Shown piece by piece: positions 52,170-64,000 of a stretch of DNA of 64,000 nucleotides. Positions within the stretch are counted from its first letter, which is position 1; each line of letters opens with the position of its first letter. A program made the translations under genes and the position numbers. Below the pieces are notes generated by a model. That model did no database searches, was not told the origin of the DNA, and saw only the letters and a list, made by a program, of their open reading frames with translations. The DNA comes from Octopus bimaculoides (taxonomy: Eukaryota), in contig NC_068982.1 in the NCBI RefSeq assembly GCF_001194135.2, positions 75,749,534-75,813,533 on the forward strand, written 5' to 3'.

Positions 52170-52730
52170 TATCATGTCAAGGTCCCTCAAACAACCGGGT
52201 AATTCCACACATCTACAATGTTTGTTCGTTTTTTTGGACAGCCGAACAGTAGCCCCTGTTCTAGTTCAATGAGCTGGAGTTGTGTTGAAAATCATACAGT
52301 CATGAAGAGGAATGCTTTTGCCTTATTTTAATATAAATATTGATGGGGGTAGGTCAGATAATCATTACAAAATATATAAGTGAAAATTTTATCATTAATT
52401 TTCACCTTGAAAAGAACATATTTTCAAGATTTTTATATCATAAGAAAAATAAATTGCTCGAGAATTCAATATGGTCGTTGCTGAATCCAGCCACAATTTG
52501 GCGAAAAAGCACACCGTCAGTAAAAACCCTACTTGCCAAACTGACATATCTGCATGTGGCAATAGGTCAAATGGAATACTAATTCAAAGCTTCAAATATC
52601 AAGTTTGAGCAAAAATTTCAAGAAATGGACAAGCTACTTTCTAAGTAAACATATATTTCTACGGGAAAAAAAAAAAGGAAAAAAAAAGCACTAAATTGAG
52701 CCCAAACTTAGCATGTCATATTAAGAATGT
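52170..52730. mobile_element. Unclassified DNA-transposon terminal-type sequence (similar style at 53820-54150 and 9120-9420)
   Basis: Motifs such as aagtttgagcaaaaatttcaagaaatggacaagc and caagtccctgtagcttgtac are typical of subterminal regions of DNA transposons; no TIR/TSD pair established. Confidence 0.3.
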
Positions 52731-53382
52731 TATTTATTTCCTCTTGCTGCTTTAACAGTGTGTGGAGAGCTGCTAAGCAAACCTAGCAGATATCCTTGTA
52801 CATGTAAAATTTTGTTTTCTTTTGAGAAATATTGGTTAAAGTTTGCCAATAAAAAATACATTCCTTCCTCTCTGTCAAGAGACACAAGCACTTACACACA
52901 CACACACACAAACAGAAACTTCTGCTTACCAAATTCAATCACAAGGCTTCGGTTGGCTCAAGGTTATAGAAGACACTTGCTCAAGGTGCCACACAGTGGG
53001 ACTGAACCTGAAACCATGTGGCCAGAAAGCAAACTTTCTAACCACAGAACCATGCCTGCACCTACAATGTGCAATGAACATAATACTGAAAACTATTAGT
53101 CAAATGTAATTTTTTTTTCTGATTTTGAATATAGTCAGATAATTTATGTTATTGTTTACATATTTGTTTTAAGTTTGTTTTGTCTTTCCTCTCTCTCCTA
53201 CTTACAAATTTGCTGTAACTGACATGTTTTTAATGTCTTATGCTTAAAGCAAGGAATTAATTTTCACATTTTGTTTATTTTTTTACTCTAGGTCTGCATA
53301 TGCAATTCTGAGATGGTCGTGGGATGTGCTAGAAACAACAGCTAAATCTCCCTTAAATCACACATCTTTTCATTTGAAAATC

Positions 53383-53790
53383 ATCATCGTTATTTAACAT
53401 GTTTTCCATGCTGGCATGGGTTGGATGTTTGACTGAGGTCTGGAAAGCTAGCAGCTGTACCAGGCTCCAATCTGATCTGGCAATGTTTCTACAGCTGGAT
53501 GCCCTTCCTAATGCCAACCACTTTGAGGGTGTAGTGGGTAGTTTTTACGTGCCACCAGCACAGGAGCCAGTCAGGTGGGCCTCGCATCAATTGCGTTCAG
53601 ATAGTGCTTTTTATGTACCACCAGCACAGGGGTCAGTCAGGGGGTACTAGCATCAGCCACATTCAGATGGTGCTTTTTACGTGTCACCGACATGGGAGCC
53701 AGTCAGGGGACACTGGCCACAGCTACGATATTGGTTTTACTTGACTCAACAGGTCTTCTCAAACATATCATATCGCCCGATGCATCAGGG
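53383..53790 (-). mobile_element. RTE LINE 3' UTR with tandem units
   Basis: Reverse complement of the 32560-33005 segment. Confidence 0.85.
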
Positions 53791-54677
53791 CTGGCAATCT
53801 CACTTTAGTTGCTAGGTGGCCAAAATCAGTCCAGGGGAGAGGGAGAGAAGGAGAGGGGAAAGGGAATCAAATTTTCAAAAAATTATTTTCATAAAAAGCT
53901 TACCTCCATTTCCAGAACTGTGACTGGAAAAACAAAAAATGTAAAGATCCTGTCAAAACGGAGAAAATCTAACTTATGTTGGCATCCCAATCCAAAACTG
54001 TCATGTTCCAAAATCTCAGGATTTATTTAGTTCTATACCAACTACAAATGTGCCAAAACTCAAGTCCCTGTAGCTTGTACTTTTGGATTTAGCTAGGTCT
54101 GAAAATACTGCAAAATTGACTGACATGTAACAAAATAGGCTTTATTTTAAAAATTGCCAAAAACAAATTTTCTTTCCAAGAACCTGGAAAAAACAATAGG
54201 CAACTACTATACTAAGGTACTATTAATTCGTATAATTTGAAGATGATTATCACCTCACTTTCAAAGATATGACATTGTTGTATTTCCTAAAATATTCCAT
54301 CTAAATTTCACAAATGAGGAATCAAATGTTTCTTTTTGAGTGTTCTCCAAGAAAAAGTACAGTAGAAATTACATTTAAATATTTTCAAAATTCATAGTGA
54401 TACCTACATAAAGAGGAGTCCCCCCCCCCCCGTACTTCTTAAGCTTTATATTCAGAACTTGTCATTACTGGTTGCTATGCAGCTGGATAACAACCTAGTC
54501 AAGATGAAATAGATCCTTCTACAATGATCACATTGATATGCTCAACAACATCCTGTTTATTTTCCTTGATACAAATTTTAATTGTATCTTTCACACACAC
54601 ACTCACTCTCGCTCAATAACAACCTGTCATTATAATGAAAGACTTACTTTAAATCTCTATTTTAAATCTATATGTTG

Positions 54678-55091
54678 AAAGACATATAGAAATTCATACA
54701 CACAAAAATAACCAAAAAGATTACATGTATTACACACACACACTTATTCTTTTTTTTTTTAAGTATGTGTTGCGTTGTGTGATAGACTTGCACTTAAAAT
54801 TCTGTTTTTAACCAAAATTCATCACCATGGTGACAACACTATCTATCTATCTCACACACACACACACACACACACTTTCTCTCAAGAACTTTTTCTCCTC
54901 ACTTTCTAAATAAAGACACAGAAACACACACAAACAGCCAAAAAGATAACTATATTATACACACATACACACATATATAGTTACTTTTTTTTTTGAAGTC
55001 TGTGTTGCATCGTGTTGACAGATTTGCACTTAAAATCCCTGCATTTCTAATCAAAACTTCTTAGTTACAACACTACCTACCTACCTACCTT

Positions 55092-55132
<41 letters not shown>

Positions 55133-55170
55133 CTCTCTCTCACTGTATTTGTCTCTCAACCTTTTCTCTT
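54678..55170. repeat. Diverged tandem duplication (period ~234 bp) carrying microsatellites
   Basis: aaagaca...aaaaga(t)ta...tgtgttgc...gat(a)gacttgcacttaaaat...acaacactat/cct(ctat/acct)n(ca)n recurs from 54678 and from 54912. Confidence 0.75.
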
Positions 55171-57159
55171 CCCCTTATGAAATGTTGTGATGGGCAGACA
55201 TGGAGATCAGTTTCTCTTTTATAAGATGTACAACCAATAAACCAACAGGTCTACAACATATAATGAGACCTTCATTGAAATAAACAACAAATTATTACTT
55301 TGTGTTGACCAAAGCCCCTGGAGCTACTGACAATACAAGCAACCCCAAAATGCTATGAACTATTGTGTGTGGGTCACTGAGAAAAAACACATTAGATACA
55401 TACAAGATATGAACACATTGGTTTGAAAAGATGCTTGTTGATAAAAAGTTTGCACTGTCACAAGTTCTAAGGTATCAGTCTGTTGCAGGGTTACTCATTT
55501 ACAGCTGAGTGAACTGGAGTAGTGTAAAATGAAGTGTTTTCCTCAAGAACACAATGCACCACCAGGTCCTGGAATCTAAACCACAATCCTGTTATCATGA
55601 GTGCAACATGCTAACCACTAGGCCACACGTCTTCACTTACTCATTGATAAAGTTGGTGGTAATATAGTCAAGGATGAAGAAAATTAAACTTCATAGAATA
55701 ACATATTATGAAGTATATATGACAAAAGAAATGCACTTAGCATAGAAAAATGATATAATGATGCTCAAAGGATGATATCTTGTTTCAGAAAGCTAAGAAA
55801 ATATATATAAATTTTAACAGATATGAAAGCTAAAATTATTTCTATGCAATTATAAAACAGAGTAAAGAACAGAAAAAAGAAAATGTACAAAGAGCACCAA
55901 CTCCTATCACAACCAAATTTTTCATTATGCAAGCATTTCAATATGCCTTTATTTCTTAACTGATAACTGGTACTGTGTTACACCTAAACTGCTATGTCTT
56001 CTACCATGGAATGGCCTCAACAAGATCTTCATAAGTCCTTTCTCTTTGAATCAACAAGTAATAAAATCTTGCTATGTTACACACCTCTCCAAGTATATAT
56101 ACTTTTTGTCTTTATCTCAAATTTACAAAAAGAACAACAATAAAAGAGAAAAAAAATTACATTTTCTGGAGCCACCCTATCTTAATCTAACATTATATGG
56201 CAGTCTCCTACATGGCTAAATATTTTCTGATTCAGATAGCATATAAATTCCAGATTTGTAAGTAGACATCAAAAATACATGAATATGAAAACGACCATAA
56301 CTAACAACAAAAGTTTTGCAAACATTTAGAGAATCAAGAATATGTAAGGGGGAGGGGATTTCTACTGATGAATGAATATACGCTAAAAATGGAAAAGTTA
56401 TCATTTTCAGAATCTAGAGTATTTTGTTTTAGGAACTTATTACAAGATTGTTATCAAGTGCATGGATATGCTTTGTTTTATTTAGACATGTATGATAGCA
56501 TCTCTAAGTGGATAGGGAGAAAAAAACACAACACAAGCTATTATTACTATTAGAAAAGTCACTAGTAGTAGCATTATCAATAATTAATGAGTAGTAAGAA
56601 TGCTGAAACGAAGAAATGAAATGAAATCAAGAGCAATACCAAGCTGAAGAGAACAAAATCATAAAAATGCTTTACATTTTTGTATTGTTGTAAGCAGGTT
56701 TACCATAAATGGTCTTTCAGTGTGTTGTTTCTAGTTTCAGCATCTACAGATAATCAAAGTAAAAGTTGTATTTATGCCAACCAGTCCTCCTTTTTTAAAT
56801 AAAAAATGTTCACTACTTAAAATATATTCAACAGTTAACTTTAAATAAATGAATTGTTTCTTGAAGAAAAACTTCTGAATTTGGTGATCAAAAGTTAATA
56901 TTGTGTAGAGAAAAACCATTACTCTAATTTCTAAATTGAATATATTGCTAGTTTTTTTTTTTTTTTTTTTTTTTTNNNNNNNNNNNNNNNNNNNNNNNNN
57001 NNNNNNNNNNNNNNNNNNNNNNNNNNNNNNNNNNNNNNNNNNNNNNNNNNNNNNNNNNNNNNNNNNNNNNNNNNNNNNNNNNNNNNNNNNNNNNNNNNNN
57101 NNNNNNNNNNNNNNNNNNNNNNNNNNNNNNNNNNNNNNNNNNNNNNNNNNNNNNNNNNN

Positions 57160-57196
<37 letters not shown>

Positions 57197-57957
57197 CAAA
57201 ATTACAAAATGGGACAAGAATGCAAAACATCCAGACAGTTAGGTGATACAAGAAAGGGACAACAAAACATCCAGACACACACACAAACATATATATACAT
57301 ACACACCGCACACGCACACACATACACATACAGAAATATGTGTGTGTGTGTGTGTGTAGTCTTGTCTTAAAACATGATATTGTAAGCAAACCAGCAATAC
57401 TGCTTATTTCCAGTTTTCCAAGAAAAACAAGTCAGGCTATGGGCAAACATTAACTTGCTTGGAAAGAGGTGAGGGCTGGAAGCAGGAAGAGCAGCCAGCT
57501 GTAGAAAATGCCTCAACAAACTCCATCTAACCCATGCAAGCATGGAAAAGTTGATCCAAAACAATGATGATGATACAGTTTAGTATTAATATTAAGAAAG
57601 GTTAGTGTCTGTTTACAGTCAGTCCATATCTACAAGGATTTGACTGAAATATATGTTATTGTACTAAAATGACCAGATGTAAAAATAATCACAATTTTAA
57701 CAAAAGCAAACATTCTTTTTTATGATTTCATGTCTCAAAAATGATTCTTTGGTTGTTTATCATTGAATCAGGAAACTTAGAAAATATTTATTTTATTTTG
57801 GTAGCTTTGCTTTAAAAGATTCCGGAGTATGTTGACAGAGTTTGAAAACTGGATAAATAAAGAGATTAAAATGTGTTTTTACAATCTCAAACTACTAGTT
57901 AAGTCTTTGATGATATATACAATTTTCATTGAATTCAATATAAGCTCATTCTCTTCA

Positions 57958-58004
<47 letters not shown>

Positions 58005-59206
58005 TAAGTAAATGAACTAATATAATATCAAATATGTAGTCTGCATTATGTTTCTATATATTTATTGCTTGTTAATATATTTGTGACAGTCGTGGTTAGA
58101 AATTTGCCTTACTACCTCATAGTTTCAGGTTCAATTTCAACTGTGTGGCACCTTGGCAAGGGTCTTCCATTATAGCCCTGATTTGGCCAAAGCTTTGTGA
58201 CTGGATCTTGTAGAAAGACTGGAAGAAGCCTGTTGTGTGTATGTGTATCTGTTTTACTGTCTCTTTGCCTTCAAGTGATAGTTGTAAGTGAGCATCACCA
58301 TCATATGTCTTTTGTTTCCAATCTTCCATGAAAAAACATCTGACCATGGGGAAATATTACTTTGCTCAGAAACAGGTGAGGGTTGGCCACAAGAAAGACA
58401 CCCACCTCAACAAATTTCAATCAATGCAAGAAATCATCATTTTAACATCCACTTGGGAAAAGAGGATGTTAAAATGATGATTCTCAGTAAGTTTAATAGA
58501 TTAATTTGCTACATATTTATTTGGAGAATTTAGTAAATATAAGTTGATAACTACAGCATGTGTGTGTGTATGTAAATGTGTAGTGTTTGGTAGTAAAAAT
58601 TGTTAGAAATTAATGTTTTATATATATATATATGTAATTTACTTGAGTTGATAATAAATCAAATGTTTTATCAGAAAACAAATCAACACAATATCTATAT
58701 TCATAAATTGAATAATTAATTAAAAATAATTCAAATTTGATTTAGAAACACTTTCTGACAATTGCAATAGGGTTCAGAAAAACATGATTTATTTATTTAT
58801 TTAAATCATTTCTTCACATAGGCACAGGTACTATTGTGTGGGGAAAGAGCTCATTTTGCAACCATAAGGTTTTGAGTTCAGTTCTACTGCATGGCATTTT
58901 GGGCAAGTGTCTTTGATAGATAGAAACCATGTGGAACTTGAAAGAAACCATGTGAATTTGATAGATAGAAACCATGTGTGCATGTCTTTGTGTACGTGTC
59001 ATATTCCACCACCACTTCTCAATCTATTGTGTTTTGTTTACGTCCCAGCAAAAGTATGGTAAAAGAGACTTATAGAGTAAGTACCACACTTAGAAAAAAG
59101 AAGTACTAAGGGTGGTTTATTTGACTTAAACCCTTTGAAGCAATGCCTCAATATCACTACAGTCCAATGACAAAGAAATAAAAGAATAAAAGAACACAAA
59201 ACCAAT

Positions 59207-59295
<89 letters not shown>

Positions 59296-59408
59296 TCTCA
59301 TAAATCATGTGTATTTATTATATATAGATATATACAAATATAAAAATACTCATAGACCCTATACATATATATTCTCATATATATCTATATATATGAGAGG
59401 TATTGGTA

Positions 59409-59560
59409 TATATAAAGCTGAGAATGTGTCTGTCTGTCTGAGTGTGTATATGTGCATCACTAAAACTCGAGAACTACCCAATGGATTTCATTCAAATTTT
59501 ACACATGCCTTACTTAGGGTCCATGCAGTGTCAGGAGCCAAGAAAATGTTCAACTTCTTG
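59409..59560 (+). mobile_element. Helitron-type 5' fragment
   Basis: tatataaagctgagaatgtgtctgtctgtctg...aactacccaatggatttcattcaaatttt resembles 5' ends of non-autonomous Helitrons. Confidence 0.4.
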
Positions 59561-60447
59561 CATAATGCAAGTCAGTATGCTCTGCTGGATGTGTAATATT
59601 GGTGTGCATACACTACAGAGTGTAAGCACTCTGAAAGAAAAGTTGAACCTAAGAAGAATCAGATGTGGTATGCAAGAGAGACAACTGCGCTACTATGGTC
59701 ATGTGTTGCGAATGGATGAGGACAGCTGTGTAAAAAAGTGTCACAGCCTAGCAGTTGAGGGAACCTGTGGAAGAGGTAGACCCACAAAGACCTGGGATGA
59801 GGTGGTGAAGCACAACCTTCGAACATAGTGACCGAGACCTTTGAAGATATACTGTGCTGGAGAAAACCCGACAAGTGAGACCATAACCCGTGGCCTATGC
59901 CAGTGGTGCATAACCAGCCTGCTTATGAGTAAGCTTAATTCATTGGACAATAAACTTTGCTTGCAAAGACCTGTTGAGGCAAGTGAAATCAGAATCGCTG
60001 ATGTGGCTGATGACAGTACATGATTGGCACTCATGCCAGTGGAACGTTAAAAGCACCATCCAAGCATGACCATTGCCAGGGCCACTGACTGGCTCCTGTG
60101 CCGGTGACATGTAAAAAGCACCGTTTGTACATGATTGTTGCAGCGTCACCTTACTGGCACATGTGCCAGTGGCACGTGAAAAACAACATTCGAGCATGGT
60201 TGTTGCCAGTGCTGCCGGACTAGCTCCTGTGCAGATGGCATGTAAAAAACACCTTTTGAGTGTGGTCATTGCCAGTACCGCCTGAATGGCCCTCGTGCCA
60301 GTGGACGTAAAAGCACCCACTACACTCTTGGAGTGGTTTGCGTTAGGAAGGGCATCCAGCTGTAGAAACCTTGCCAGTTCTCAGTCAAACCGTCCAACCC
60401 ATGCCAGCACGGAAAGCGGACGTCAGACAATGATAATGATGATGAAA
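59560..60447 (+). mobile_element. RTE LINE 3' end with tandem-repeat UTR
   Basis: QERQLRYYGHVLRMDEDSCVKKCHSLAVEGTCGRGRPTKTWDEVVKHNLRT, then repeated ctggctcctgtgc.ggtggcacgtaaaaagcacc units and a (TGA)n tail. Confidence 0.92.
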
Positions 60448-61009
60448 TTGAATGCTGGTTACAAGGTGCAATAAACTAGACTAGAGGAAAGGAATAAAAT
60501 ATTAAATCTCAATGATGAAAGTGAGAGAAAAAGGAAGACGAAAAACCTCACCAAAAAAATATGAAGAAAAAAAACTATTAGAGGTATTCCAAGTATGAAA
60601 GGAAACCACTACCACATATCCATCCATAATGTAACTTGTAAGCAATGATAATGTTTAAAATAGTACATAGGTATGAAGATAACTTATCTATAGAAAGCAA
60701 AGAACTTGGAATAGCATAAATAAGAAAAAGTAACTCCAGTATTCTCAAGAGTTCTGTAAAAGAAATTACATAGAAGCATGCAGGACACAAGGGGATGGGA
60801 TTCTAGCAGGCACAGACAAATTTAACTCTTTCATTTCAGAAGCAATTTACTCTGGCTTGTTTGATTGGATAACATGAAGCTGCTGCTGTTGGAAAACTTT
60901 AACAACCTGTAACAGAACTAAAATAAAATTCTCACTATTTAACACTTGAAAAATAGCTAACATCCTGTTCTATTCTGTAGCGGTAATATATTATTTTTAT
61001 TATCATCAT

Positions 61010-61830
61010 TATTAAAGCAGCAAGCTAGCAGAATCATTAGCATGTCAGATAAAATGCTTGGTGGTATTTCTTCTGGCTCTACATTTTGAGTTCAAATTCC
61101 TCTAAGGTTGACACTGCCTTACAAACTTTCAGGATTGATAAAATAAAGTACAAATCAAGTACTGGGATTCAGGGATGAAAGTGACTTGCCACTTCTCTTC
61201 AAAATTGCTGGCCTTGCACCAAAATTAAAAAGAATTATTCAAACTGGCAGAATTGTTAGAGGATCAGGCTGAATTACTTGCAGTCTTTGTTCCAGCTCTC
61301 CGAGTTCAAATCCCACCTCCGTCATTTTACTGAATCGCTATAGTGTTGTAGTATTTCTTCTGGCTCTTGACATTCATATTTCAAATTCCAGCTAGGTCAA
61401 CTCTGCTTTAAGGAGAGCAGATTGGCAGAATCATTAGAGCATCTGGAAAATGCCTTGAAGTGTTTCTTGTGGCTCTTTCATCCTTTCAAGGTCAATAAAA
61501 TACCTTTCATCCTTTCAAGGTCAATAAAATATAGTACCAGTAAAGTATTGGGGTCAACAAAACCAACAAACCCCCTTCCCTTTAAAATTGCAGAACTTCT
61601 GCCTAAATTAGAAACAATTTCTTTTATTTGTTTTATTATCATTGGAAAAACTAATTTGTGGTATTTGTTCTGACATTTTACATTCTGGTTTCAAACCGTA
61701 CCAAGGTTAATTTTACCTTTCATCTATCCAAGGGTGTTAAGATAAAGAACCAGTCAAGAACTGGGGTTGAAGGTATCAGCTAACTCCACTCTCTTCGAAA
61801 TTTCAGGTTTCTGCCTATATTGGAAACCAT
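61010..61830 (+). mobile_element. Cluster of about four to five head-to-tail S2 SINE copies (several truncated)
   Basis: ggcagaat..ttag / ttcaaattcc / ctttcatcc..tcaagg / ataaa.tacc recur; a 27-bp internal tandem duplication lies near 61475-61530. Confidence 0.8.
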
Positions 61831-62186
61831 TATTGTACTGACACAACTCACCATCTTCAGAATATAACTGCCCAAAATTTCAAACTATATGTCAAATGAT
61901 TCAATGAAGGAGCTTCTATGTGGTCATTTGACCTACTAAAAACAGTAGCCAAATCTCTCTCAAATCACTGCTGACAATCTTTAAAAGGGAAAATGATACA
62001 CTGGACAAATGGATGGAACGAGTATGACTGCAACATCTTTGACTATAATTCAGCTAGAACAAAACCGATCTGAACTAAACAACAATTTTCAAGAAATGAT
62101 GCAGCAGATTGACAGGTTTTGGTAAGCAAGAGTTCACTGCGTGGTGTCAAAACTTCATATCATTATTATTTAGTGTCTATATTCTA

Positions 62187-63481
62187 TTGGGTTGGCAACT
62201 AAGTTCCTGCCGGTTTTTTTTTAATTTAGGAATTTATTGCATTCTTAAATTTTGGAATCTATTTTTGAATCATTTTGGAATCTATTTTGTTTTTTGGTTT
62301 CTTTTTTCCTAGTTAATTTTTGTTTATTTTTCAGATCATTAAAATGGAATGTCAAGTTAAGAAAAACAAGCATTTTTGACACCTCCTTTTTGCTTCTAAT
62401 TAAGGTTCTAAGGCCACAAAAACTGCTTGCGACATTTGTGCTGTGTATGGAGAGGGTGCCATAGCTGAAAGAACTGCTCTTGATTGGTATGCCAAGTTCA
62501 AAAATGGAAATTTTGACCTCAAAGACGCACCTCGTTCTGGCCGTCCGGTTGAGTTCGATGAAAAGCGATTAAACCAACTTTTGCACGAAAACTCTCGTCA
62601 AACGACAAGAGAACTGGCAGAGAAAATGGAATACTCCGACACTGCTATAGAAAAGTATCTTCACTCGATGGGAAAGGTTCAGAAATATGGAGCATGGGTT
62701 CCACATGCTTTAAGTGACTACAAAATTCAATGCACCACAATCTCTTTTGGTTGGCTTGCTCGTCACCGCTCAACTCATGGACACAAGCAACGATTTCTTA
62801 ACCGAATCGTTACTGGTGACGGAAAATGGTGCCTGTACATCAATATGAAGCAGCGTAAGGAATGGCTTAGCTCCGGTAAACAAGTGACACAGCGCGTGAA
62901 ACAAGATCTTCATCCACATAAAACGATGTTGTGCATATGGTGGGACTGGGAAAGGATTATCCCATACAAATTGCTTGAACAGAACCAAACAGTCAACGCG
63001 GAACTCTATGTTCAACAGATGGAACGACTCAGCACGGCTATTCAAGAGAAAAGACCTAATCGGCAGCATGGAGTTCTTCTGCTGTACGACAACGNNNNNN
63101 NNNNNNNNNNNNNNNNNNNCCCTCATATCGCCAATATGACCAAGGAAGCCATTCAAACGCATTGTTGGGAAGTGCTGCCACACCCGCCGTACTTTCCTGA
63201 TTTGGCACCAACGGATTTCCACCTCTTTCGATCTCTTTCAAATGCTGTGCACGGAGTTTCTTTCAATTCTGATGCAGAATTGAATGCTTGGTTAGATCAA
63301 TTTTTCAAGTCAAAATCGGGTGATTTCTACCAACGAGGTATTGAAAATCTTGTTGAACATTGGGAAGAAGTTGTAAACAACAAGAGTGAATACATTATTG
63401 ATTAATTAGCTGTTATTTTTTATTAAACCTTTTAAAAAATTTAAATTTTAAAAAATGGCGGGAACTGAGTTGCCAACCTAA
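62187..63481 (+). mobile_element. Near full-length mariner element with both TIRs and TA target duplication
   Basis: TA|ttgggttggcaactaagttcctgccggtttttt ... aaaaaatggcgggaactgagttgccaacctaa|TA; ~1.3 kb. Confidence 0.95.
62344..63405 (+). pseudogene. Mariner DD34D transposase, inactivated
   Basis: ATG at 62344, in frame with the 320-aa ORF; stops at 62377 (TGA) and 62401 (TAA); motifs WVPHAL, IVTGDGKW, LLLYDN, HPPYFPDLAPTD. The N-gap 63095-63119 interrupts DNARPH; spacing is 34 if the true gap is 4 nt. Confidence 0.92.
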
Positions 63482-64000
63482 TATGTTGGCAGAGGTTGGA
63501 CAGTTTGACAGGATCTGCATCATGCCCTATCTACTTTGGTATGATTTGTATAGCTGGATGCCCTTACTAATGTTAATCCCTTTACAGTATGTACTGGGAG
63601 CTTTTTCATGACACCAGCATTGGTGGGGTTGCCATGTAGGTTGCAAGACTACAAAACCCAAGTGAATCGGCTTTATGTTAGAAGATGAAGGGTTAATACA
63701 TGAGAGAAGGGGCTAGAGCAAAATAAGTTTCTTGCTTTAGAGGAGCTACATGAATATTCACATTTTAGAAAAGGTAGGAAGTGATTGGGGTGAAGCTGGA
63801 AAGAGATAAAAGTAGTGGTCATGAGGTGTCTGGGTAGACCCTCAAAATATGAGGTAGATAGAAGAAGTAATGGAACGTGGGTGGGTAGAGGTTGTAATAG
63901 TGTATGGGAGACTGAGGGATGGGGAATGGTTGAGGGATGTGTGAATATAATGAATGAAGAACAAATGTTGAAGGGTGGATGTAGAGAATGATGCATAAAT

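Overview
AT-rich, microsatellite-dense eukaryotic draft scaffold with six N-gaps. The SINE and RTE-LINE complement looks like an octopus (coleoid cephalopod) genome; this is an inference from repeat style only. One host exon is supported: a minus-strand exon (17605-17816) encoding the N-terminal pre-kinase segment of a citron/ROCK/MRCK-family kinase, best fit CIT. The next exon was not found, so most of the window is probably intron or upstream DNA. The rest is a transposon fossil bed: Penelope-like element (PLE) remains, RTE LINE fragments, two tRNA-derived SINE families, three hAT remnants (one with both ends and an 8-bp TSD), Tigger, pogo, a piggyBac with two MITEs sharing its ends, a near-complete mariner and Helentron/Helitron-type pieces. 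The most notable observations are (1) degenerate minimal hammerhead-ribozyme motifs, one on each arm of a ~465-bp palindrome next to a PLE ORF remnant and another at ~44.0 kb, and (2) an uninterrupted 146-aa Myb/SANT-like (trihelix-type) ORF with splice-like signals at 43320-43760, right beside the second hammerhead element. No rRNA, true tRNA gene or CRISPR array is supported. All assignments come from reading and recalled family motifs, not database searches; repeat boundaries are approximate.
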